A stretch of 64,000 nucleotides of DNA from Isurus oxyrinchus (taxonomy: Eukaryota): contig JANJGN010000001.1 in the NCBI GenBank assembly GCA_026770705.1, positions 68,510,001 to 68,574,000 of the forward strand. The letters are read 5' to 3'. The translations under genes and the position numbers were made by a program. How positions within the stretch are numbered: position 1 is the first letter of the stretch; each line of letters begins with the position of its first letter. Below, piece by piece: positions 13,570 to 25,778 of this stretch. The notes beneath the pieces are model-generated. The model had not been told where the DNA came from, searched no databases, and saw only the letters and a list, made by a program, of their open reading frames with translations.

Positions 13570-14066
13570 TTCCTAGCAGGTCTTCCACCTTCCACCCTCT
13601 GTAATCTTGAGCTCATCCAAAACTCTATTGCCAAAATCCAAGTTTATACCAAGTCCCATTCATACATCACCCCTTGCTTGCTGATCTACATGGGTTCCTG
13701 TTCAATTTAAAAATTCTCATTCTTGCTTTCAATTCTTCCAACCGAACAACTCTCCAAGCTATCTTTATGCCTGCAATTCTGGCCTCTTGCATCTTCCTGA
13801 TTTTCTTTCCTCCACTATTGGTAGCCATACCTTCAGCTGTTGAGGCCCTAAGCTCCAGAATTCCTTCCCTAAATCTCCATGTCTTACTACCTCTACCACC
13901 TCCTTTAAGAAGCTCCTTAAAACCTAGTTCTTTGACCAAACTTTTGATCAATTACACTAATATCTCTTTATGTGGTTTGGTGCCAAATTTTTGTATGATA
14001 ATCGCTCCTGTGAAGCATCTTAGAACTTTTTGGTATCTTAAAGGCACTGTATAAATGCAAGTTGTT
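13570..14066 (+). mobile_element. L2-type LINE 3' end, decayed
   Basis: LELIQNS...ITPLLADLH..F.LKILILAF remnant; tail aaaggcactgtataaatgcaagttg. Confidence 0.7.
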
Positions 14067-14424
14067 TCTGTCCTACATCCCTTGCCTCCTGACATTGTTA
14101 ATCCACGATGGCCTTAAGTACAGGCAAAGCATCATGTTAGATCATTCTTATGCCCTGTGCTAGATAGGGAAGTTTTTCAACAGTATACTTCTGACATGGA
14201 ACTTCACCCTCTGGTGGCACATGTCTGAAATTCAGATTGCATTGCAAATAATTTTCTGGCAGTCATGGTTGGAAAATCATGCACAGTGCATGCCCAATTT
14301 CCAATATGTGGATGCATTGTTGAAGCTCTTCGTTGATGTTACAAGTTGGAAAATTAGCTCTTCACTGAATACACAGTTTTTATTGATACAAAAAATGATC
14401 AGTTTTCTTTTTATTCTATTTAAG

Positions 14425-14589
14425 ATAATCCTTGTCAGTTCATCGATGAATGATCGTGATCAGAGTCTCTTTGTGAGCATGGATGAGGGAGCCAACTTTC
14501 AAAAACAGCAGATCTTCTTCTCTCTGGAGACATTGGTTTTTCACCCCAAAGAAGAAGATAAATTGCTTGTGTACAGCAAGGAGGCTCGG
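14425..14589 (+). CDS. SORCS2: SORCS2-like VPS10-domain receptor, internal coding exon (165 bp, phase 0-0; about exon 4 in mammalian numbering)
   Basis: ttaag|ATAATC...GCTCGG|gtaagt. Translates IILVSSSMNDRDQSLFVSMDEGANFQKQQIFFSLETLVFHPKEEDKLLVYSKEAR, which contains the BNR/Asp-box SxDxGxxF and closely resembles SORCS2 as I recall it. Confidence 0.93.
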
Positions 14590-14650
14590 GTAAGTATGGC
14601 CATACACTGGATCCTTTCTCCTCTAGTGCAAAAACACCGCTAACACTCAC

Positions 14651-14991
14651 TAGGGTTGCCAACCCTCCAGGATTGTCCTAGAGTCTTCAGGAATTAAAGA
14701 TTCATCTCCAGACTCCAGGACACTGCTGAAAGCATTAAAAATACATATTGTTTCCCATTATTTTTGAATGCTTTTGTTTATTGGTTATAAAATATTGATG
14801 ATGGGGGAAAATGGCTGTTTGATAGTCAAGAAGTATCTAATCAGGTAATGAATTGCCAAGTTCCAATTAGCATGAGGAGGTGGTGGTCTGCGAGGATGGA
14901 AGTGTCTGTTCACCAATGATGGGAGTGTAATTGAAGATATAAAGTCATGTGATGACACCCAGAATGTGTTCAATGAGAGTTGGCAATCATA
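14651..14991. mobile_element. Non-autonomous DNA transposon (probably hAT-type MITE)
   Basis: Imperfect TIR tagggttgccaac / gttggcaatcata; degenerate 8-bp flanks acactcac and gccctcat. Confidence 0.55.
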
Positions 14992-15499
14992 GCCCTCATT
15001 TCTGGAGCTGGAAGCTCAGTGCCAAATTATGAGGGAGGAAGGTGGAGAAAAATTATAAATTAAAATTTTATCCAGTACATAGTGAGAAAGAATTATAGTT
15101 TTGGGAGTCCTACCATTGCATGCAACCTTTATTTATCTGTACTTTTGTTGTGCAGGCACTTATCTCAAAGGAATATTGCTTCCTATGTTGGTAAGCTATA
15201 GCTTAGTCCCAGCACAGTGAACAGCCCTTTCTGCAAATTCTACTTAATTATTGCCACTAGGGACAGCTTCTGTAGTAGTAGGTACCACAGGTTAATTTTG
15301 TACCAAAGCCGAATGTGTTTAATTTCTCTTGAAGCTGTAAACAAACATTATTTTCTCAGCAACAGATGCCAATAGGATGTGATGACACACTCACGTCATT
15401 GCACATTCCGCTTTTCACAACAACACTTTTATTTGGTTGTCATAGTGTGCATTATAGAAAACCTATAAGTCTTGTGTTTGGGTGTGTGTGATGCTGCTA

Positions 15500-16440
15500 G
15501 AAGAGGAAGAAGGAGGAGGGAGAGAATGGTTCTCAGCAGGAGGTCATATCTATCCATCCAAAGTGTTGAGGGAACAATTTTCCTGCCTGAACCTCTCTGC
15601 AGGAGGCCGTATTCATCCAGAGTGTTCAGGGAACAATTGTGAGATTTGTGCACATCATTAGTAGGTCCTCGCAGAAATCTGCCAACTGCTGCAGCCATAA
15701 CTTGAACCTTCAAGGAGGACAAAGGCATTTCCTGTGAAGGTGATCAAAGCTATTAACATTTACTTATCTGTCTCCTTATGTATCTGGCTACATCCTTGGC
15801 TGTTGCGGGAGATATTAGCAATGTCTAGTAGTTTGCCATTCACTGTTGTGTAAGGATGGTCAGTGAGGCTCTCTATTCAAACAGAGCTAAACTAATTTCA
15901 TTTCCTCTTCCCAGAGAGAAGCAGGAAGAATGACCATGTGGCTTCACTAGGATTACAGGCTTCTGTGTGTTGCAGGGTGCCATTGACTACTTGCATAAAG
16001 AGATTCTATTCCCTCAGCCTAACTGGTGTGATAGTGTGAATTATGCAGGTCATCCTGGCAGCAGTCATGATGCCTTCATTTTGCAACAGTACATTGTGTC
16101 AGCTGTATTTTAACCACTACGCAAACCAAATCGTGGCTACTGGATGACGAGGACTACCCTCTGACAATATGGCTTATGGTTGTGGTTCACAACTCACACA
16201 TGGGAGAAAATGCATACATTGACAATATGCTGCCAGAAAAACGATAATAGATCAGACAATTGATGTGCTGAAGCTAATGATTCACTGCCTGGACCACGCT
16301 GTAAGGAGCCTGCAGAACTCAGTTGAGTGGGTCTCAAGATCCATGGTGGTATGTGGCATGCTGCAAAATCTTACCATCATGACAACAGTTATTGCCACCA
16401 AGTATCAGGTGAAAAGCTGAGGAGCCAAGCCTCATGATGC
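15500..16440 (+). pseudogene. Decayed PIF/Harbinger (HARBI1-like, DDE_Tnp_4) transposase
   Basis: Broken motifs in the expected order: LQGAIDYLH (GAIDCTH type, ~15970), PGSSHDAFIL (~16053), WLLDDEDYPL (WLLGDxGYP type, ~16133), IDQTIDVLK (IERTFGVLK type, ~16247). Confidence 0.75.
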
Positions 16441-16504
16441 ATTCTTGGCTGAGAGCACAGACATACATTATTCTATTGAAATAGCTGCATCCAAGGGAAA
16501 ACAT

Positions 16505-16623
16505 GGGTGGAATTTTACTGCAGCAGGATTTTATGTTCCGCCAAAGTCAATGGTGTTTAGAATGGCTTGCCACATTTTAAACTGCCCCCTCCCCACCATG
16601 CCAAGGCCATAAAATTCCGGCCC
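16505..16623. mobile_element. Tiny Harbinger-type MITE
   Basis: Termini gggtggaatttt / aaaattccggccc. Confidence 0.55.
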
Positions 16624-17130
16624 ATTGCCTGATTAAGGGCACTTTCTCTTAGATCTATTATGTCAATTGCACAATATTTAAACAAGTTAAAGAGGTGTCA
16701 ATGCTTATAATTTCTTCTCTTGATATTTTTAAGGTTTGGTTGATTGACACTTTTAAAGGGCTACAGTAAAAGCAGTTTTTTTAAAGAAGGTTATGAATGA
16801 ATTACTTTTTAAAAAGCTTTTCCACAGATGCCATTGTTACGATAGGGTTCATTGGTTATACACAGTGCATACACTTGGTGAAATGGCTATAGAAGTGCCA
16901 TAGGTTGGCATGGAGTGTGTGAGGGCCATTGGGGTGTGTAGAGGGGCATAGGTTGGCATGGGGAGCAAGACTGTTAAGTATGAATCATGATTTCAGACTG
17001 CTTGCTGGTAGGTGAATGTTGGAATTGTGATGATTTGAGCAGTGGCTGAAGCCAGTGTTGCGTGTGAGGCCATTAAAATTCTTGTAACATTGTATCCAGG
17101 TCCTTGGGGCAAGACTCCTGGCATTTTGTT

Positions 17131-20100
17131 GGGGGATGCGGAGGTGTAGTGGTATTGTCACTGGACTAGTAATCCAGAGACTCAGGGTAATGCTCTGGGG
17201 ACCTGGGTTTGAATCCCTCCAAGGCAGATGGTGGAATTTGAATTCAATAAAAATCTGGAATTAAAAGTCTAATGATGACCATTGTTGTAAAAACCCATCT
17301 GGTTCACTAATGTCCTTTAGGGAAGGAAATCTGTAGTCCTTACCTGGTCTGGCCTACATGTCACTCCCACAGCAATGGCCTAGCAAGCCACTCAGTTGTA
17401 TCAAACCGTTACAAAGTCACAAAAAAAGAATGAAACCTGATGGACCACCGTAAACGACAATGGCAATCTCAGCCCTGTCAACCCTGCAACGTCCTCCTTA
17501 CTAACAGCTGAGGGCTAGTGCCAAAATTGGGAGATCTGTCTCACAGACTAGCCAAGCAACCACCTGACATAGTCATCCTCACAGAATCATACCTTACAGA
17601 TAATGTCCCAGATACCACCATCTCCATCCCTGGGTATGTTCTGTCCCACCAGCAGGACAGACCCAGCAGAGGTGGCAGCACAGTGATATACAGTCGGAAG
17701 GGAGTTGCCCTGGGGATCCTCAACATCGACTCCAGACCCCGTGAGGTCTCATGATATCAGGTCAAACATGGGCAAGGAAATGTCCTGCTGATCACCACCC
17801 TACCTAGCTAACAAATCAGTGCTCCTCCATGTTGAACACCACTTGGCCCTGCAAGGGTGCAGAACGTACTCTGGGTGAGGAACTCCAACGTCCATCACTA
17901 AGAGTGGCTCAGTAGCACCACTACTGACCAAGCTGGCCGAGTCCTAAATGACATAGCTATTTGACTGGGTTTGCGGCAGGTGGTGAGGGAACCAGCAAGA
18001 GGGAAAAACATACTTGACCTCATCCTCACCAACCTGTCTGCTGCAGGTACATCTGTCCATGACATTATCGGTAGGAGTGACCACCGCACAATTATTGTGG
18101 AGACAAAGTCCTGCCTTCACATGGAGGATACTCTCCATTGTGTTGTGTGGCACTACTGTGCTAAATGCAGATTTCAGACAGATCTAGCAACTCAAGACTG
18201 GGCATCCATGAGGCGCTGTGGGCCATCAGAAGCAGCAGAATTGTACTCAAACACAATCTGTAATCTCATGGCCCAGCAAATGCACCACTCTACCATTACC
18301 AACAAGCCAGGGAATCAACTGTGGTTCAATTAAGAGAGTAGGAGGGCATACCAGGAGCAGCACCAGGCATACTTAAAAAAGAGCAAGTCAACCTGGTGAA
18401 GCTGTAACACAGGACTACTTGCGTGCCAAACAACAAAAGCAGCTAGTGATAGACAGAGCTAAATGATCCCACAACCAACAGATCAGATCTAAGCTCTGCA
18501 GTCCTGCCACATCCAGTCGTGAATGGTGGTGGACAATTAAACGCCTCACTGGAGGAGGAGGCTCCACAAATATCCCGTCCTCAATGATGGAGGAGCCCAG
18601 CACATCAGTGCAAAAGATAAGGTGAAGCATTTGCTACAATCTTCAAGTAGAAGTGCCGAGCGGATGATCCATCTCGGCCTCCTCCAGGGTCCCCAGCATC
18701 ACAGATACCAGTCTTCAACCAATTCGATAGACTCCAAGTTATATGAAGAAATGGCTGAAGGCACTAGATACTGCAAAGGCTCTGGGCCCTGACAATATTC
18801 AGGCAATAGTACTGAAGACTTGTGCTTCAGATCTTGCCGAACCCCTAGCCAAGCTGTTCCAGTACAAGCCACAACACTGGCATCTGCCCAGCTATGTGGA
18901 AAATTGCGCAGGTATGTCCTGTACACAAAAAGCAGGACAAATCCAACCTGGCCAGTTATCACCCCATCAGTCTACTCTCGATCATCAGTAAAGTAATGCA
19001 AGGGGTAATCAACGGTGCTATCATGCAGCACTTGCTTAGCAATAGCCTGCTCACTGATGCACAGTTTGGGTTCTGCTAGGACCACTTAGCTCCTGACCTC
19101 ATTACAACCTTGGTTCTAACGTGGACAAAATAGCGGAACTCCCGAGGTGAGGTAAGGTGAGATGCCATCAAGGCTGCATTTGACTGAGATTGTCATCAAG
19201 GAACCCTTGCAAAAACTGGAGCCAATAGGAATCATGGGGTGGTGGGGGAGGGGGCTCTCCACTGGTTGGAGTCATACCTAGCACAAAAGAAGATGGTTGT
19301 GATTGTTGGAAGTCAGTCATCTCAGCTCCAGGACATCACTGTAGGAGTTCCTCAGGGTAATGTCCTTGGCTCAACCATCTTCAGCTGCTTCATCAATGAC
19401 ATTCCTTCCATCTATGTTTAGAAGTGGGGATGTTCGCTGGTGATTGCACAGTGTTCAACACCATTCATGACTCTTCAGATATTGAAGCAGTTCATGTCCA
19501 AATGCAGCAAGACTGTACAATATCCAGGCTTGGGCTGACAAGTGGCAAGTGACATTCATGCACACCAGTGTTAAGCAATGGCCACCTCCAGCAAGAGAGA
19601 ATCCAACCATCGCCCCTTGATCTTCAGTGGCATTACCATCTCTGAATCCCCCGCTATCAAAATCCTGGGGGTTACCATTGACCAGAAACAGAACTGGACT
19701 AGCCATATAAATACTGTGGCTACAAGAGCAGGTCAGAGGCTAGGAATCATGTGATGAGTAACTCACCTCCTGACTCCCCAAAGCCTGTCCGCCATCTACA
19801 AGGCACAGGTCAAGAGTGTGTTGGAATACTCCTCACTTGCCTGGGTGAGTGCAGCTCCCACACACTCAAGAAGCTTAACATCATCCAGGACAAAGCAGCA
19901 AGCTTGATTAGCACCACGTCCACAACATTTACTCCCTCCACCACCGACGCACAGTAGCAGCTGTGTGTACCATCTACAAGATGCACTGCAGGAATTCACC
20001 AAGGCTCCTTCGACAGCACTTCCCAAACCCACAACCAAGGAAAAGGGCAGTAGACAAATGGGAACACCACCACCTGGAAGTTCCCCTCCAAGTCACTCAC

Positions 20101-20314
20101 CACCCTGACTTGGAAATATATTGCCGTTCCTTCACTGTTGCTGGGTCAAAATCCTGGAACTCCCTTCCTAACAGCACTATTGGTGTACCTACATCACATA
20201 GACTGCAGCGGTTCAAGAAGGCAGCTCACCACCACCTTCTCAAGGGCACATAGGATGAGCAATAAATGCTAGCTCAGCCAGCGATGCTCACATCCTGTGA
20301 ATGAATAAAAAAAA
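17131..20314 (+). mobile_element. Full-length, decayed, single-ORF CR1-group LINE (APE + RT) with a tRNA-derived 5' head
   Basis: tRNA-like head 17131-17220. APE motifs VLLTN..GLVPK, DIVILTES, LDLILTN, SDH; RT motifs GPDNI, YHPISLLS, QFGF, GVPQGNVLG, FAGD (a decayed FADD). 3' tail gcaataaatgct...catcctgtgaatgaataaaaaaaa. No room for an ORF1. Confidence 0.9.
17141..17217 (+). promoter_or_regulatory. Putative type-2 Pol III internal promoter (A box/B box) in the tRNA-like head
   Basis: A box-like ggtgtagtggta, anticodon-like arm ctgga-ctagtaa-tccag (17161-17177), B box-like gggtttgaatccc (17205-17217). Confidence 0.7.
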
Positions 20315-21134
20315 GTTTGGCCTCCATGGCTGCCTGCAGCAACAACTTTCTCATCATGTGTCTGGAGGGTATCCTGCTCCCCTACATATGCAAGACATCA
20401 CTAGCCCTTTCCCTCTCCTTCAGCTAAAACCTCCAGCCCAGTTTTGGAATGCCTGGGTGTCTGGTAGCTCCCATGTTCGGCCATTCTCCTGTCTTTTGTA
20501 GTTCTGATTTAGCACCCAAAAAACTTCCAGCACTGATCACAATTCATTTCCCCTTTAAGTGGTGCAGTGTAGCTTTAAGTAGTGCCAACAAATCATTTTT
20601 GGGAGCTCTGTTGATGTGTGCAGCTAGCTAACATTGCATTTAGCACTGCCTGCATGCAAAGAAACAGGCAGCACAACGATGGCATCCTAACTGCATTATG
20701 TCCAATAGATGCCAAGTCCCCATCCAATTCGGCTATCAAAGAGTCGTATACAGTAATATTGACAAACATACATGTATTTATGGTATTTCTTGAATGCAGG
20801 AGTCTCTTGTTTGCATAGTATTTTTTTTTCACACAGCAAAATGTCTTGGCCTTTTCTGGTTGCACGGACTTTTGCTGAAACATAATTTCTCAGGCACCAG
20901 CTGCCCTCCAATACTTTATCTCGGCAGTCATTTTTCATGTGAGTCTAGTGAGAATATGTTAGGTGAATTGGCGAGATTATCACTGCTGTACTTGATCATG
21001 TGCTTACTTAATAACCCCAGGCCACCATTCACATTGACCTTAGTGGAACATTAAGTGTGTGTAAAATGAGCTGCTGATTCACTGTGAGCCTATGAGCAAA
21101 GACCAATTTCACCCTTCACTGTTTTGGAAACTTT

Positions 21135-22345
21135 TTTTGCATTCATGGGATGTAAGCAAGGCCAGCAATTATGCCCCATCCTGTATTGCAAATGAGAAGA
21201 TAGTGATGAGTCATCTTCTTGAACCGCTGCAGTCCATGTGGTGTAGGTACACCCACAGTGCTGTTAGGGAGGGAGTTCCAGGATTTTGACACAGTGACAA
21301 TGAAAGGATGGCAATATATTTCCAAGTCAGGGTGGTATGTGATTTGGAGGGAACTGGCATGTGGTTGTGTTCTCATACACCTGCTGTCCTTGCTCTTCTA
21401 GGTGGTAGAGGTTGTGGGTTTAGAAGGTGTTGTTGGAGGCGCCTTGGCTAGTTGCTTCAGTGAATCTTGTAGTTGGTGTACACTATGCACTATTGGTGGA
21501 GGGAATGAATGTTTAAGTTGTGGATACGGGTGCTGATCAAGTGGACTGCTTTGCCTGGATGGTGTCAAGCTCCTTGAGTGTTTTTGGAGCTGCATTCATC
21601 CAGCCAAGTGGAGAGTATTCCATCACAGTCCTGACTTGTGCCTTGCAGATGGCGAACAGGCTTTGGGGAGTCAAGAGGTGAGTTATCTCCACAGAATTTC
21701 CAGCCTCTCACCTGTTCTTGTAACCACTGTACTTATAAACTTATAAGACTGGTCCAGCCAAGACCCCAGGATGTTGATGGTAGGGTATTCAACAATGACA
21801 ATGCCATTGAATGTCTGGAGGAGATGGTTAGATTTGCTCTTGTAGAGATGGCCATTGCTTAGCTCTTGTGTTACATGAATGATACTTGCCACTTATCCAC
21901 CCAAGCCTAAATGTTGTCCAGGTCTCGCTGCATGTGGGCACAGATTGCTTCAGTACCTGAGGATCCACGAATGGTGCTGAACATTGTGCAGTCACCAGCG
22001 AACACCCCTACTTCTGAATTTATGGAGGGAAGGTCATTAATGAAGCAGCAATGGTCATTCGGCCTGGAACACTAGCCTGAGGAGTTCTGCAGCAATGTCC
22101 TCAGACGGAAATATTTGGCCTCCAACAACCACAACCATCTTCCTTTGTGCTAGATTTTATTCCAGCTGGTGGACAGTGTCTCCCCTGATTCCCATTCATT
22201 TTGCTAAGGCTCATTGATTCCACGCTGGGTCAAAGCGCAGTCATTTTCACCTCACCACACCTCTGGAATTCAGCTGTTTTGTCTGTGTTTGGACCAAGGC
22301 TGTAATGAATTTTGGAGATGAGAGGTCCTGTTCTACAAGTGCTGC
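21135..22345 (-). mobile_element. 3' part of the same tRNA-headed LINE family
   Basis: Reverse complement of about 19090-20305, including VTVSKSWNSLPNSTVGVPTPHGLQRFKK and the tail. Confidence 0.88.
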
Positions 22346-22398
22346 CTAAAATTTTAACCGAAACATAATAAAATTTAACTTTCATTCTGTTTGCCAAA

Positions 22399-22982
22399 TC
22401 ATTTTTTAAAAATTCAATCCCCTCTCAAAAATGGACACGGTAAAGTGAAAGAAGGCACAAGTTTAAAATACTTTCACTCATCCGTTTTAAATTGGAAAAG
22501 CAATTTATGAATAATAAATGAAAAAAAAATTACAGGCGAGATGGGAAACGTGAACAAGAGGAGAAGGATTTTTAAAATTCTTTCATGGGATGTGAGCCTT
22601 GCTGGCTAGGCCAGCATTTATTGCCCATCCCTAATTGCCCTTGGGAAGGAGGTGGTGAGCTGCCTCCTTGAACCGCTGCAGAGTACCTGCACCACATGGA
22701 CTGCAGCGGTTCAAGAAAGCAGCTCACCACCACCTCGAGGGCAATTAGGGATGGGCAATAAATGCTGGCCTAGTCAGCGAGGTGCTCATCCCATGAAAGA
22801 ATTTTTTAAAATCCTTATTTTTCCCTTTATCATGTTTTCCAATTTGGCCTATAATTTTGTTCACTTATTCATAAATTGTTTTTTCAATTTAAAACAGATG
22901 AGTGAAAGTATTTTAAACTTGTGTCTTCTTTCACTTCGCCATATCCATTTTTGAGAAGGGACCAAATTTTTTAAAAAAATGT
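22399..22982. repeat. ~590-bp imperfect palindrome (inverted duplication of a LINE tail plus flank)
   Basis: Arms are reverse complements, e.g. aagtttaaaatactttcactcatc / gatgagtgaaagtattttaaactt and gcatttattgcccatccctaattgccct / agggcaattagggatgggcaataaatgc; spacer about 22682-22701. Confidence 0.92.
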
Positions 22983-23616
22983 TGTTGAAAAGGTTGGGCC
23001 TTCAAGCCAGTCTAATCTGAAGCATCCACTCAAGAATGTAAGTACCAAAGTCTATTTGTGGTATTTAAAGGGTCAAAGTTGCAAGGTGCAATCAGAGGAT
23101 AAAGAAATGGCATCAAGGATATTTTGTATCAAAATGGAAAGGCTGGAAATGATATTCAATTACGACAGTTCTGGATGATTCCCCATAGCCAATCTTCCAG
23201 TGAGGAATGATATTTTCAGGATTTGCATCATGAAAAATAGTGTGTGTACATCTGTGATTTCCTACAGTGCAGACTCTCTGTATTCATGATCACAGAATAA
23301 GCCCTAATTTTCCACCATCTGTGCTATTTATTCATCTGATTTCAACTTTGGCAATGATGTTGTGCAACACACAGAATATCAGACCAGTGATAACACCAGA
23401 TGCTCCTCCCTGCCTTCCATCGGAAGAGCCTATCTACAAAGCTAGCAAGTGGATTACAGACTCAAGCTAAAGGTGACACATGATGACAAAGAGGAGTTCT
23501 TAGTCGCCAAAGGACATATTGATAGCTGACACTAATTTGTAATCTACAGTACCAGCATGTATCATTATGCAGCAATTTTACTGAAACTATTTAAAATAAA
23601 TCTGTCATTTTTCCAG

Positions 23617-23690
23617 CTATATTTTTCGACTGATCTTGGAAAGAAATGGGAGTCACTGCAGGAACGAGTGACAAAGGAGCGATTTTATTG
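23617..23690 (+). CDS. SORCS2: SORCS2-like internal coding exon (74 bp, phase 0-2)
   Basis: ttttccag|CTATAT...TTATTG|gtgaga. Translates LYFSTDLGKKWESLQERVTKERFY(W), with an Asp-box SxDxGxxW; in frame with the previous exon. Confidence 0.93.
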
Positions 23691-25778
23691 GTGAGAATCA
23701 CTTTATTTATTCGGCTGAAGATATAATTTCTTACATCTTTGTATGAAGACATTGATTGTAATGAAACATTGTACCCTATACATTGTACTTCAGCACTCTC
23801 TGATGGAAGCAACCTGTGTTTCTTTGTTCCTGAATACTTGAGATTTTATTTCCAACAAATGTTGTAATAGATGATGGAAACGTTACTTGCTAAACTGAAA
23901 GGTAACCTGGTGTCATTGAACTTCAAAGCAAGAGGTGCTTTTGTTTAACTTGCAGATTCAGTTTTAGAAGTCTTCCAACTGTGATTGTCTGTGTTTGTGC
24001 CTGTTGTTGGAAAGGAATAAAGGGCAGACCTGATGTCTGAAATGGCCTATTTTTACAAACTTTAATACTCTGAAAATATATGCATTTTCTCTTGCAATCT
24101 CCAGTAACTTGAGCAAACTTGTAGCAGAAGGAGAATGAAGTAGGCCGGGCCCTGAATGTGAGCTCTGCATTCAATTTCCATTCCATTTGTTTTGCATCCT
24201 CCCCAAACATGGTCCCTTACATGGGATGGAGGTTACTGTTTGGAGGGGACTCCAAGGACGGCAGTTTCTTCAGCCTTGGCCTGGGATTTGCCAGGCTGCC
24301 AGTGAATGATCAGATGAAAGGAGATGTCCCAGACAATGGAAGGGAATAAGTGTGGTCCACATGTGAGAGTCAAGTAAAATTCCAGGTCCCCAAAGAAATG
24401 CTGCCAAAAATGTATTCCTTTTGGTGCAAAGTAGCTGAGATGTGTAATGATTTAAGTGCCTGTTATTGAGTATCAAATTACAGATCCTGGTGAGTTCAGT
24501 CTGGAGGATCCAAGCACCTACATCCCTGTATTTAGACCTGCAGATTTTCAGATTTCATGTTATAAAAGCAACTGGTCCTTAATGGATTGAAATCATTTCC
24601 TCAGATTCTGTCAGGTTATTATAAAGAATAGTGCAAGTAGAAATGAGCTTCCCATGAATTGCACCACAAGGCCAGATGAAAGTAAAACCCTTGTGATTCA
24701 TTGTTAGGGCTTCCGATGGAATCTGAACCTCTAAAAGCATTACTACTTTTTGACAAATTCTTACCTATTATACTTAATGAATATAGGAGAATTATAAATT
24801 CAAAAAGCAGAATGCATGATGTACTGTCTTTCCTATGTAAGTGGAGTGTGTTTTTATACAATAGGCACAGGGGTGTTGTATCTGAAATAACAGATCAGCC
24901 TTTTCTGTATTTTACAATTGTAAACATTGCCTTCCTTTTTTGTTATGAATTATTTGGTCCTTCATCAATTATTCAGAGGTTTTTTTTACACAGGTTTGCT
25001 GCATAAAAAGGTAGTCTTCATAATACTTTGGGTACTGTCCATATGTTATTAATGTTGCAACACTGAAGAAAGTTATCTCTGAACATCCACATATAACAGG
25101 AGTGTGGATTTTCTGCAATTTTCATGGATAAAATGGGAATTTTGAGTGGAGTAAGAATTTCATCTGCGAGACTTGCATATACTTGATTCACTGAATTTTC
25201 TGGAGGTCAGACTTAATTTTGTATGCTATTCAAGCTCCTGGTGTATAATATGCCAGTTGTTGGGGGTTTGGTATTTTTGGAAATATCTGGCAGTGCTGTT
25301 AGGAGTTAAAGGTTGACAGCAGCATTTGAAAAGAGAGTGCATTTTTTGATGGATAAAAGCACAAACACATTACAATTCATTGCCACAGTGGAGCAGAGGT
25401 GTCCATGAGCCCATTGAACGGATAATGCATCAGTGTAACAACTGCTGAGAAGAAAAGAAGTAGAGGAAGATTCCCTATTTGGCACTATTGTGCGGTCAAA
25501 TTGCACTGGGAATGTGGGTGGAGATGCTGGACATTGCTGATGTTATTTCAGGCTAGAAATGTAGGAGTAGTTTCGGGACTTCAGCCAAGATTCAGACAGC
25601 CTACCAAATGATACCAATATATCAAGCAAATTTGCAAAGTATGCATATCAAAAGTTTTTCTCTCACACAGACTATCTTACAGTCATTTGAATGCTTACCA
25701 TGTATGTTTATTCTGCACCAATGCATGGGGTTCCTAAATGTCTGCAGCATTAAACTGCTTAACAATCATAGAATCATA

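Noticed and set aside
14221-14643. 140-aa ORF as a stand-alone gene
   Set aside because: Only 14425-14589 is protein-like and bounded by splice sites; the rest is intronic read-through.
17131-17220. Functional tRNA gene (AGT anticodon-like loop)
   Set aside because: There is no proper acceptor stem, the variable region is oversized, there is no downstream T-run terminator, and it is contiguous with LINE sequence; it is a TE head.
23269-23491. Possible extra exon after tttcctacag
   Set aside because: The translation has no VPS10 similarity, and the flanking exons already join in frame and follow the SORCS2 sequence.
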